The notes under the pieces were generated by a model, which saw only the letters and a program-made list of their open reading frames with translations, had not been told where the DNA came from and ran no database searches. Of a DNA stretch of 64,000 nt, positions 36,701 through 44,656 are shown one piece after another. The DNA comes from Sodaliphilus sp. (lineage in GTDB: Bacteria > Bacillota_I > Bacilli_A > RFN20 > CAG-826). The position numbers were made by a program, and so were the translations under genes. The stretch is from assembly GCA_963643355.1 (NCBI GenBank), contig CAVIJE010000005.1:1842-65841 (forward strand), in the 5' to 3' direction. Numbering within the stretch: position 1 is the first letter of the stretch; each line of letters begins with the position of its first letter.

Positions 36701-38403
36701 CTAATGAGCAAGAAGAATTCAAAAACCTTCGCTCTGGATTTGACCTCCCTAGAAAGAACTGCCCAGAATGCGGAACGGATATGCTAAGAAATGGCCAATC
36801 AATTCCTTTTGAAACATTCTTAGGATTCAAAGCTGATAAAGTCCCTGATATCGATCTTAACTTCCCTGCTGATTACCAGGCAAAAGGTCACTTATACACT
36901 CGTGAGATTCTTTCAACTCCAGAAGAAAACGAGGCATACCGTAAAGGCGAATTCGTCCATTCCCCTCACGTTATTAGAGCGGGAACGATTGCTGCTGCTC
37001 AAGAGAAGAACGCCTATGCTTATGCTAGAGATTATTTTAGAGACGTTAAGCATGAAGAACTTAATAATGAAAACCGCGCTTATTGCGCATTCTTAGGAAA
37101 TAAATGTGCTGGTGTTAAACGTACAACTGGTCAGCACCCAGGCGGAATTGTCGTTATCCCTGCTGATATGGATATCTTCGATTTCACCCCTTTCCAACAC
37201 CCAGCTGATGATCCGGAGGCAGAGTGGCTTACCACTCACTTCGAATTTGCTTCCATGCATGACTCCGTTCTTAAACTTGATGAACTTGGTCACGTTGACC
37301 CAGTCGCTTTAAGAATGCAATGCTATCTTACCGGAATCGACGTTTCTGATGCAGCTGAGGCAATTCCTCTTGATGACAAGAGAGTTCTTTCTTTGTTCTC
37401 TTCTCCTGATGAACTTAAGCTTAAGAAAAACCCTCTTGGTTTAAAGACAGGCGCTAGAGCCTTACCGGAATTCGGCACTTCCTTCGTTCAAGGCCTTCTT
37501 GAAGAAGCAAAGCCAAAAACCTTTAATGACTTATTAATTATTTCTGGTTTATCCCACGGTACAGACGTTTGGAATAATAACGCTCAAGACTTAGTCGTTA
37601 AACAAGGACGTTCGCTTGATGATGTCGTCGGATGTCGTGATGATATCATGAACTATCTTATCTCGATGGGTGTTGAACCATCGATGTCATTCCATATCAT
37701 GGAAGACGTACGTCATGGTAAAGGCACAGGGGGTGACCCTAATTATGACGTTGAGATGAAAAAGCATAACGTACCAGATTGGTATATCGAATCTTTGAAT
37801 AAAATCAAATACCTTTTCCCTCGTGCTCACGCGGCAGCCTACGTTATTGGAGCTGTTCGTGTCGCTTGGTTCAAACTTTATCATCCTCTTGAATTCTATA
37901 CGACTTATTTCACGACCCGTTGCGATAAGTTCGATATCAAGGTTATGTCTGGATCACTAGACGGAATTGTTGATCGAATTAACAAGATCAAGAGCGACCC
38001 TGAAGCATCCGATACCGACAAAGAAGAACTCAATTCCGATTTAGCGGCTTGTGAGATGGTTGATCGTGGCTATAAGATTGAAAATATTTCCTTAATGGAA
38101 TCTGAAGCGGAAATTTGGAAAGTCTGCAAGGAAAGGAATTCGATCATTCCGCCATTTAAAGTTATTTCTGGTTTCCCATCTTTAGCTGCTGAAGGCATCG
38201 TTAAGGCTAGAAAAGAAGGAGATTTCCTTTCCCAAGAAGACCTTATGACTCGTGTTAAAAAGACTGTAAATGAGGAAGAGAGCAAGAAAACAGGAAATAC
38301 TGTTTATTATTCGATTGGCACTTCAGCGATTGAAGCCTTGAAAGAAGTTGGTGCTCTTGAGGGCCTTTCTGAATCTAATCAGATGTCACTGTTCGATTTT
38401 TAG
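33739..38403 (+). CDS. polC: DNA polymerase III alpha subunit, PolC type (1554 aa)
   Basis: PHP domain (VELHLHSKFSSMDG), an inserted DEDDh exonuclease (YCVFDFETTGL..., HNAKFDLDF, HRADYDA), a Zn-finger region (CPHCKH...CPECG) and the polymerase core. An acidic tract lies near aa 180-200. Confidence 0.96.
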   Translation: MKNQKMQRFLDSINIQEAYRYDMDFVSVKRDETNTIKMVIKKESPWDYELISEFVEHLANITYSYSISFEYEKGPSFEDVKNLFNNYLLSHYLSFSSTPLFNGEDKKIYILEPKDDSEKFGKMIEEFNSYLSFLNYDFELLTTKEPLKKEEEAPKTKTSSIQKEETPVSIKEEIDEEEEEEEDEKENLSSEEIEANYLSDDYLREEIKATEESYLNAIRQENERIEHQKIYQKGNYEKLASIKDCYTTKSTTVEVEGYLYGIDEKNPTRLSRKGKLMMSAGIGEWEYGAAINIRLSESRGLLSKEDISQFNAKSNGTRVLVKGAIDKDFRTGQKQIFVHYIEKLPPKPLRDDNEPTQRVELHLHSKFSSMDGLGDIEDYLKLAIHWGMPALAITDHGAIQCFPAAEKAMGNINKARKKAGLSTDPIKLLYGCEFYMFDKPVPIINRSSNETIANQTYCVFDFETTGLSHVYDRPIEFSAVIVGPDGMPIKRIDRFIDPERKLSPGAMAVNHITEDMLVGAPKMQEAIKEISEFIGDSILVAHNAKFDLDFLNIMRKSAGMPPVNNVVVDTLQVAKYLFPDAGAINEKALAGRLDIHGESNKFHRADYDAEQLSKIWLAMIPLLQKKYENPNITFEDLNHLPIDSQNFYRLLISYHTTVIAKNKAGLKALFKLISESETTYLAPQSRNAPTPLLPREFLAENRENLLVGSACFNGRVFEMAMNGTQEELEEEMKFYDYIEIQPKENYSWLIGMEMIDEERLMDILQRIVDTAKRLGKRIVATGDCHYVNPEEKITRDVYINTAGLGKSIHPLNRGRMHHAPFPNPDQHFRSTREMLDSFRTWLPEEECQEYVIKNTRDIADMCEPMKVLKDKLYTPVANLPNSDVKLREICYGNLKKTYGDNPDPEVKKRLDRELDGIISNGYAVTYYIAHLLVKHAAEDKDNPQHMGYFIGSRGSVGSSFAATMAGITEVNPLPPHYLCPHCKHFEWANEQEEFKNLRSGFDLPRKNCPECGTDMLRNGQSIPFETFLGFKADKVPDIDLNFPADYQAKGHLYTREILSTPEENEAYRKGEFVHSPHVIRAGTIAAAQEKNAYAYARDYFRDVKHEELNNENRAYCAFLGNKCAGVKRTTGQHPGGIVVIPADMDIFDFTPFQHPADDPEAEWLTTHFEFASMHDSVLKLDELGHVDPVALRMQCYLTGIDVSDAAEAIPLDDKRVLSLFSSPDELKLKKNPLGLKTGARALPEFGTSFVQGLLEEAKPKTFNDLLIISGLSHGTDVWNNNAQDLVVKQGRSLDDVVGCRDDIMNYLISMGVEPSMSFHIMEDVRHGKGTGGDPNYDVEMKKHNVPDWYIESLNKIKYLFPRAHAAAYVIGAVRVAWFKLYHPLEFYTTYFTTRCDKFDIKVMSGSLDGIVDRINKIKSDPEASDTDKEELNSDLAACEMVDRGYKIENISLMESEAEIWKVCKERNSIIPPFKVISGFPSLAAEGIVKARKEGDFLSQEDLMTRVKKTVNEEESKKTGNTVYYSIGTSAIEALKEVGALEGLSESNQMSLFDF

Positions 38404-38438
38404 AGTATAATAACGCTTGCGCTTAGTAAGCGTTTAAT

Positions 38439-38515
38439 CGGGACGTAGCACAGCTTGGTAGTGCGTCTGGTTCGGGACCAGAAGGTCGTGGGTTCGAATC
38501 CCATCGTTCCGACCA
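38439..38515 (+). tRNA. tRNA-Pro (anticodon CGG)
   Basis: Hand-folded cloverleaf: acceptor CGGGACG/CGTTCCG (one G-U pair), D stem GCAC/GTGC, anticodon stem TCTGG/CCAGA with loop TTCGGGA, T arm GTGGG-TTCGAAT-CCCAT, and an encoded CCA. Confidence 0.9.
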
Positions 38516-38526
38516 TTAATCTAACT

Positions 38527-38556
38527 AACGTCGAGAAATCGACGTTTTTATTTTTT
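38527..38556 (+). terminator. Intrinsic terminator after tRNA-Pro
   Basis: AACGTCGA-GAAA-TCGACGTT hairpin followed by a TTTTTATTTTTT run. Confidence 0.85.
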
Positions 38557-38819
38557 ATCACAATAAGAGAAATTATTGCTTTATGACCAGTTGACTGTAT
38601 ATGGAATAATGATAAATTTCCGTAATGCAATTATGGGGCCGAGAAAGGCTTTCAAAATATCAGGAAATGCCGCAAAATAAAAAAGTAAAATTTTTTTAAA
38701 GGAAAGCTAAGCCTCAAACCAACAAAGATGTTGCTTAACTGATGTTTAATTATTGAAAAGACATCTATATGCGCTTAATATGCTTAGATAAAAGATTTAA
38801 GATATAAGGAGATCGCCCT

Positions 38820-39572
38820 ATGACTGAAAAAGTTTTGCTAAATAAAGAAAAAAGAAACGGTAAAAAGGTCTTCTCAGTTTATGCTATAGCGGAAGGAAAG
38901 CCCGGTAAAAAATACACGATAAAAGAGTTTTTGAAAATATATGATTCCGCTAAAAAGAGAAATAACTTTAATCATAGTGGAGCCAAGCAAGTAACTTTAG
39001 ATGATGGATATGTTTGCACTTGCGATTCTGACCAAGAATATAAAGCCCTTACAAAACTTATTTATCATAACTGCTTTAAAAGATTGAGAACGCAAGCTCC
39101 GGCAATTGAATATAAATTTGGTGGAAAGACTCACCATTACTATCCTGATTTTTTCTTTATAACAAACACTAACAAGATAGTTATTATGGAAATTAAAGAA
39201 ATAATAGAGATGAATAGAAAGGTAAATATACGCAAATATAAAGCACTTAGGCAATATTGTAAGGAAAATGGATTCTTGTTTCTTATGTGCAACAAGAAGT
39301 TTGTTACCTACGAGCAAATAAAGAATAAAGTAGGAAGTGTGCGTTTGAATAAAGCCATTGACGATGCCTTAAATCATAAGGGATGTTTTGATTACGATGA
39401 TTATACGATATATATTGATGAAAAAATTCATAAAGAGGTTATGAAAATTCGTGATTTCATTGGAATATACGTTGCGTCACATCCTGAAACTAGAATGGTA
39501 AGCGATCTTAATTTTGGCGCAGAATACTTCAAAATAATTCGCAAGAAAAAACACTTAATAAAGCAAAAATAA
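38820..39572 (+). CDS. TnsA-endonuclease-N-like PD-(D/E)xK nuclease-fold protein, orphan
   Basis: Strong SD (AAGGAG). Core pattern CDSDQEYKAL...HHYYPDFFFITNTNKIVIMEIKE gives the E...PD...(E)xK arrangement typical of TnsA N-terminal and restriction-endonuclease-like folds. The C-terminal roughly 90 aa is unassigned. Confidence 0.6.
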   Translation: MTEKVLLNKEKRNGKKVFSVYAIAEGKPGKKYTIKEFLKIYDSAKKRNNFNHSGAKQVTLDDGYVCTCDSDQEYKALTKLIYHNCFKRLRTQAPAIEYKFGGKTHHYYPDFFFITNTNKIVIMEIKEIIEMNRKVNIRKYKALRQYCKENGFLFLMCNKKFVTYEQIKNKVGSVRLNKAIDDALNHKGCFDYDDYTIYIDEKIHKEVMKIRDFIGIYVASHPETRMVSDLNFGAEYFKIIRKKKHLIKQK

Positions 39573-39605
39573 GTGGGTTTTACATAGGGTTTTGCGATTT
39601 ATTGA

Positions 39606-39839
39606 TTTTTCTGCTTATTATTTTTAAAACGGTACGCCAAAGATAATCCAGATATTAAAGTTGAAATATTGGTTTACGAATGCGATTCTTTGAAATACCG
39701 TTCTCATCACGGGAAAATCGATGCAGACATATTGCTTCTAGATGATCTTTCTAGCATTAATAAAATAAGCGATCGGTTAATTTATTTTGCATCAAACGAA
39801 GAAGTTGTCTCATATTCGAGGTATCTTCGATCTTTTTAG
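39606..39839 (+). pseudogene. Possible gene remnant: a 77-codon open frame with no ATG/GTG start, weakly receiver-domain-like
   Basis: Translation reads ..DIKVEILVYECDSLKYRSHHGKIDADILLLDDLSSINK... This recalls the alpha2-beta3 region of REC domains (xxDLILLD). It has no start codon and no SD. Confidence 0.25.
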
Positions 39840-40104
39840 AGTCTGAAACAATTGCCAAATAAAATGCCATAATGGCTTCGTATTATATAAATGTCTCCTT
39901 AAAGACTTTCCGAGTTTAAGCAAGGAAAATCTCCATCAATTCAAAATGACATACGAGGGGTATTATTCAATTGATGAATTGGAATTCCATGAAGGACGCA
40001 TGACATATCTTGAATTATATATGCAATGCTGACACGTCATCAATTTTGAACTATGATTAATATCAGGAACTAATTGGAACCGTATCCAATTTGGAGAATG
40101 CCTA

Positions 40105-43100
40105 ATGAATGATTGTTCTTTGACTTTTATAGTTCGTAAAAAAACTTTTATTGTCACCTTTATTGACGACGAAGAAAGGAAGTCAACTTCCTTTGATGTT
40201 TTTTTCGACGACCATTTAAGCAAAGATTTCCTAAAAATTACCGATAAAGAATATTCAAAAGAAAATCTCTTAACATTCATCAGGAAAGGGCTCGTTAACG
40301 AAGAATACGCCTTCGAAAGCGAAAATGAAAACCATATAGTTTTTAAAATCATTGGTGAAAATGATGATTCTTTTGAAATAGAATTAGAAAAAATAGAAAA
40401 AGAAGATAAAAACAATAGCACATCCTTTGACTATTTAACCGAAATCCATTCAAGAAACTATTTCTTTGAAATGGCCTCTAAGGAAATTATTAACGGCAAC
40501 AATGATAATTCTTACATCATCATGTTTGATTTGGATAATTTCAAAACAATCAATGATACCCATGGTCATTTGATTGGAGACGTATGCTTAAAAACGGTTG
40601 CTAATAAATTAAATGATGTTTTCAAAAATCATATTTTCGCCCGTTATGGCGGGGATGAATTTATCGCTTTCGTCAAAGGGGTAAATGAAGAAGAACTCAA
40701 TCGTCTCATTGATGAATCTTTGAAGATAAGATTCGCTCAGAATAACAATCTTAATTCTAAAGGAGTAATATCTTGTTCTTTAGGAATAAGTGGCAAAGTA
40801 GGAAATAGAACTTCAATAAGCCTTTTAATAGAAGAAGCGGACAAAGCTTTGTATAAATCAAAAAAGATCGGCAAAAACACTGCGATAAAAGATGATGGAA
40901 CGATTATTTATGGTTCTTTGCAATATCGTAACGCCAAGAAAGCAAAAATAAGCAAAGGAAAATCTTCTCTTATTTTCCGTGAAGAAATCATCAAAAGGAA
41001 AAAAATAGTATTCACTTCTTTGTTCTTAACGATTTTTGCTATTGTAGGCATCATTACTTTCATGGATGTTTTCTTCAATTATCAAGCAGCTGACCAGACT
41101 AAGAAGACGGCAACTGAACTAATGAAAGAACAATCAGACATCATCGCTTTAAAAATATCCGAGGATTCTAACGATACGCTTACAAAAATCGAATCAAGTA
41201 AAGCGATATTAGATAAAGTTAGTGGTAAAGACGCGGAAACATTACTGAATAATATGCTTGAAACCCTTTCAAGCAACACTATTCTTGAATCCCCTGGTCT
41301 TTTACTAGAAAACGGTGATCTTTATCTTCAAGATGGAAAAATATATAACATTTCTTCATATGACTTTGCGACTAAAATTGTCGTAGAAAATGAACAGGCC
41401 GTTGAAAGAATTTCCTTCTTTGGCGAAGAAGATAAAGTCATAATTGGAAAACCATATGTAAGAAATCTTGCTTTTTCAGGTGGTGATGATCTTAGCATCG
41501 TTGGTATCACCTCAATGTTCACGGTTTCTAAATACGCTTCATTAATGCTTAATACCTTAAAAGAAGACTATTACTCTGCAATTATTAATTCTAAAGCATC
41601 GAAAATCTGCGAGACGGAATCATCAAACATAACGTTATTTTCCTCGTATGGCAATTTACGTAACTATTTTTTGGAAAATGATTTGACCACGGAATTAAAC
41701 ACCTTCAACAGCATAATCGAAAATAATTCCTATAACGTAGACTTGATGCAACTTAATAACGAATCATATTTCTTTTATTCATCAAAAATCCCTTTATCCG
41801 ATTGGGCGGTACTGATACTCGTTAGATACGATACGATAAATAAATCATTTGAGAGGATCATCACTTCGTATTTTGCTTCAACAAATGTAATCTCAATCGC
41901 GTTTTTGATTTTTGCTTGTGGCGGCCTACTTTACATAGGCAGGTTAAGAATCGATAATTATTCGAAAAAATACATCGATCCCCTAACGCGTTCAATTAAC
42001 TTACAGCGTTTTATTTCTGACGCGAACATCCTTATTTCAAGAGAAGAAGACCAAAGGTATTTAGTTTATCTAAATATCCGCCGTTTTAAATTGGTTAACA
42101 CTTCTTTAGGAAAAAAGAATGCTGATGAATTCCTTTCGAAGATTTCCACTTATTTCGAATCTAAACTTAAAACAAATGAACTTCTTTCGAGAGAATATTC
42201 AGACCGTTTCATAATGTTACTTGAAGAAAAAGATGATAAGTCCCTCAAAGAAAGGGTTGAATCTATAGTTGAAGGTGCCTTGAACTCGCAAACGCTTAAT
42301 GCGAATTCCCGTATTTCTTTTGATGTCGGTGTCTTTAGATTTGATTTCAAAACCGAAAATAGCACGCCAATTTGGCTTGCAATTGATCGTGCAAGAAAGG
42401 CTGCAGAGACGGCAAATCGCGGAGGAAACACATACGATATCAAATTCTTTAGCAATCACATGCTTGAAGATGAGCAACTTGAATTATATATTGAGCAATC
42501 GCAAGAGTTAGCTCTTCAGGAAGGACGTTTTGTTATTTACTACCAAGGCAAATATGATTTGCATTCTAAACGTTTTGAAGGATGCGAAGCCCTTGTACGC
42601 TGGAAAGACGATAGAAAAGGCTTTATCAACACTCAGAAATTCATCGATGTATTTGAACGTAATGGCTTCGTAACAAAACTTGACTTATATATATTCGAAA
42701 AAGTCATTAAAGATATAAAACAAACAATGGATGAAGGAAGAACTCCATTAATGGTAAGCGTAAATCTATCAAGAAAACATTTTGAGAATCCTTCATTCTT
42801 TAATGAATACGAAAAGATTGTCGCTAAATATAACGTCCCTTGGAAATATCTTGAATTTGAAATCACCGAATCAATTATTTTAAACAATGAATATGAACTC
42901 AACTCTTTAATCAAACGAATACATGAATTAGGCGGTAAGATCTCAATTGATGATTTTGGCAGTGGTTTCTCGAACTTTGCGATGATCAACCACGTTGACT
43001 ATGACATCTTAAAACTTGATCGTAAGCTCTTATTTGGAAAGGGAGGACAGTTTGATCAATATTCGAAGAACGTTCTTTTATCGATCGTTTCGCTTAACCG

Positions 43101-43257
43101 TAACATGCACCGTATCACTCTTTGCGAAGGCGTTGAGCATCAAGAAGAGTCTGATTACCTTGAATCGATTGGTTGTGATCTTATACAAGGCTATTTCTAC
43201 GCAAGACCAATGCCTAAAGATGATTTCTTAGCCTTATTGGATAAGACAAATAATTAA
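40105..43257 (+). CDS. Membrane-bound c-di-GMP turnover protein: unknown N-terminal domain, GGDEF, TM, extracytoplasmic region, TM, degenerate GGDEF, EAL
   Basis: - First GGDEF domain is intact (DLDNFKTINDTHGHLIGD...ARYGGDEFIAF).
- Two hydrophobic helices (IVFTSLFLTIFAIVGIITFMDVFF and NVISIAFLIFACGGLLYIG) bracket about 270 aa.
- Second GGDEF-like domain carries YSDRF in place of GGDEF.
- EAL domain motifs are present: CEALVRW, NLSRKHF, EFEITES, IDDFGSGFSN, KLDRK, EGVE, QGYFYARP. Confidence 0.88.
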   Translation: MNDCSLTFIVRKKTFIVTFIDDEERKSTSFDVFFDDHLSKDFLKITDKEYSKENLLTFIRKGLVNEEYAFESENENHIVFKIIGENDDSFEIELEKIEKEDKNNSTSFDYLTEIHSRNYFFEMASKEIINGNNDNSYIIMFDLDNFKTINDTHGHLIGDVCLKTVANKLNDVFKNHIFARYGGDEFIAFVKGVNEEELNRLIDESLKIRFAQNNNLNSKGVISCSLGISGKVGNRTSISLLIEEADKALYKSKKIGKNTAIKDDGTIIYGSLQYRNAKKAKISKGKSSLIFREEIIKRKKIVFTSLFLTIFAIVGIITFMDVFFNYQAADQTKKTATELMKEQSDIIALKISEDSNDTLTKIESSKAILDKVSGKDAETLLNNMLETLSSNTILESPGLLLENGDLYLQDGKIYNISSYDFATKIVVENEQAVERISFFGEEDKVIIGKPYVRNLAFSGGDDLSIVGITSMFTVSKYASLMLNTLKEDYYSAIINSKASKICETESSNITLFSSYGNLRNYFLENDLTTELNTFNSIIENNSYNVDLMQLNNESYFFYSSKIPLSDWAVLILVRYDTINKSFERIITSYFASTNVISIAFLIFACGGLLYIGRLRIDNYSKKYIDPLTRSINLQRFISDANILISREEDQRYLVYLNIRRFKLVNTSLGKKNADEFLSKISTYFESKLKTNELLSREYSDRFIMLLEEKDDKSLKERVESIVEGALNSQTLNANSRISFDVGVFRFDFKTENSTPIWLAIDRARKAAETANRGGNTYDIKFFSNHMLEDEQLELYIEQSQELALQEGRFVIYYQGKYDLHSKRFEGCEALVRWKDDRKGFINTQKFIDVFERNGFVTKLDLYIFEKVIKDIKQTMDEGRTPLMVSVNLSRKHFENPSFFNEYEKIVAKYNVPWKYLEFEITESIILNNEYELNSLIKRIHELGGKISIDDFGSGFSNFAMINHVDYDILKLDRKLLFGKGGQFDQYSKNVLLSIVSLNRNMHRITLCEGVEHQEESDYLESIGCDLIQGYFYARPMPKDDFLALLDKTNN

Positions 43258-43328
43258 AATATAGTGGGGTTTTGCCATGCATTTTTGGATTTTTGAAAAA
43301 TGAATATAACACAAAGAAAGGAAAATAT

Positions 43329-43844
43329 ATGAAAGAAATATCTTACAAAGAATTAAAAATGAACCCGATAGCTGCTATCTCTGATGATTGGGTTGAACTT
43401 GTAACCGGAAAAGAAGGAGACAAAGTTAACGCCATGACAATTTCTTGGGGAGAAATTGGCTCCTTATGGGGGCATGGAGGCGGAATGGGGGTCGTTACTA
43501 TCTATGTTCGCCCGCAAAGATTTAGCAAAATCTTGTTAGATAAGGAAGATTATTTCACTCTCTGTTTCTTTGGTGGAGAATATAAGAAAGAACTCGCTTA
43601 TCTAGGAAGTCATTCAGGAAGGGATGAAGATAAAATCGCTAAAGTCGGCTTCAGTTCAACCTCAGAGAAAGATTATTCCTACATCAATGAATCAAAAATG
43701 GTTTTCATCTGTCGCAAACTTTATAGGCAAACAATGAAAGAGGAATGTTTCATTGATAAGAGCATCATCGATGATTGCTACCCAAAGAAAGATTTCCACG
43801 ACATTTACATCGCTAAAATAGAAAAGGTTCTTATCAAAGAATAG
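43329..43844 (+). CDS. Flavin reductase-like (FMN-binding split-barrel) family protein
   Basis: NAMTISWGEIGSLWG...VTIYVRPQRFS pattern, typical of the flavin-reductase-like domain. I prefer the ATG at 43329 (SD AAAGGA) over 43272. Confidence 0.6.
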   Translation: MKEISYKELKMNPIAAISDDWVELVTGKEGDKVNAMTISWGEIGSLWGHGGGMGVVTIYVRPQRFSKILLDKEDYFTLCFFGGEYKKELAYLGSHSGRDEDKIAKVGFSSTSEKDYSYINESKMVFICRKLYRQTMKEECFIDKSIIDDCYPKKDFHDIYIAKIEKVLIKE

Positions 43845-43879
43845 TTAATCAAGACAATAAGTGATAAGATACTTAGGAT

Positions 43880-43956
43880 GCGCTCGTAGCTCAGCTGGAT
43901 AGAGCGTCCCCCTCCTAAGGGGAAGGTCAGGAGTTCGAATCCCCTCGAGCGCGCCA
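43880..43956 (+). tRNA. tRNA-Arg (anticodon CCU)
   Basis: Acceptor GCGCTCG/CGAGCGC, D stem GCTC/GAGC, anticodon stem TCCCC/GGGGA with loop CTCCTAA, T loop TTCGAAT (one A-C mismatch in the T stem), and an encoded CCA. Confidence 0.85.
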
Positions 43957-43967
43957 CTAGGATTATT

Positions 43968-43993
43968 GCTCAGTCGTTGTTGGCTGAGCTTTT
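43968..43993 (+). terminator. Intrinsic terminator after tRNA-Arg
   Basis: GCTCAGTC...GGCTGAGC hairpin followed by TTTT. Confidence 0.7.
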
Positions 43994-44076
43994 ATAATTA
44001 AATTTGTAGGAGGACACTTGCTATTTGCCCCTCGTCTAGTTGATGAGATAATTAAGCGGACTTAAACTATTCTCAT

Positions 44077-44643
44077 ATGAAAAGATGCCACTGGTGTAAC
44101 CTAAAAAACCAATCTTATATTAAATATCACGATGAAGAATGGGGAAAACTTAATTTAGAAGAAAACTATTTATTTGAAATGCTTCTATTAGAATCTTTTC
44201 AAGCTGGATTATCATGGGAATGCATTTTGAATAAAAGAGAGGCTTTTCGTAAAGCTTTTTCAAATTTTGACCCAAAAGAAATTTCTAAATACACCGAAGA
44301 TGATTTTGATAGATTAAGCAAAAATAAAGATATCGTAAGAAACAAACTTAAAATTAAAGCGGCTTCCACAAACGCTAAAATTTTCCTTTCCATTGAAGAA
44401 GAATTCAATTCATTCAAGAACTACCTTTATTCTTTTTGGAACAAGCAGATAATCTTCGAAAATGATAAAACAACAAATTCTTTATCTGATGAGATTTCTA
44501 ATGATTTAAGAAAGAGAGGAATGAAGTTTGTTGGTTCAACGATTATTTATTCTTTTCTTCAAGCAATAGGAATCATAAATTCACATGAGAAGGATTGTTT
44601 TCTTTATTCCTCAGACGAGAAATTTACGGATTTAGATAAGTAG
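44077..44643 (+). CDS. tag: DNA-3-methyladenine glycosylase I
   Basis: N-terminal Zn-binding and signature region (RCHWCN...YIKYHDEEWG) plus an HhH-GPD-like body. Confidence 0.88.
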   Translation: MKRCHWCNLKNQSYIKYHDEEWGKLNLEENYLFEMLLLESFQAGLSWECILNKREAFRKAFSNFDPKEISKYTEDDFDRLSKNKDIVRNKLKIKAASTNAKIFLSIEEEFNSFKNYLYSFWNKQIIFENDKTTNSLSDEISNDLRKRGMKFVGSTIIYSFLQAIGIINSHEKDCFLYSSDEKFTDLDK

Positions 44644-44656
44644 AAAAACGCCTAAC

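Noticed and set aside
38404-38438. Hairpin AACGCTT-N9-AAGCGTT between polC and tRNA-Pro as the polC terminator.
   Set aside because: It is followed by only TTT and then the tRNA 5' end. It could equally be a tRNA-precursor processing structure, and a TATAAT at 38406-38411 complicates the picture. I left it uncalled.
38400-38630. 76-aa minus-strand ORF overlapping tRNA-Pro.
   Set aside because: It runs antisense through the tRNA and its terminator, and the FEPTTF-type peptide is the usual artefact of translating a tRNA T-arm. It has no SD, so I treat it as spurious.
39946-40032. 28-codon mini-ORF (MTYEGYYSIDELEFHEGRMTYLELYMQC) upstream of the GGDEF/EAL gene.
   Set aside because: It has no SD and is too short to evaluate by eye. 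It may be chance in AT-rich DNA or part of a decayed 5' region, so I did not report it as a feature.
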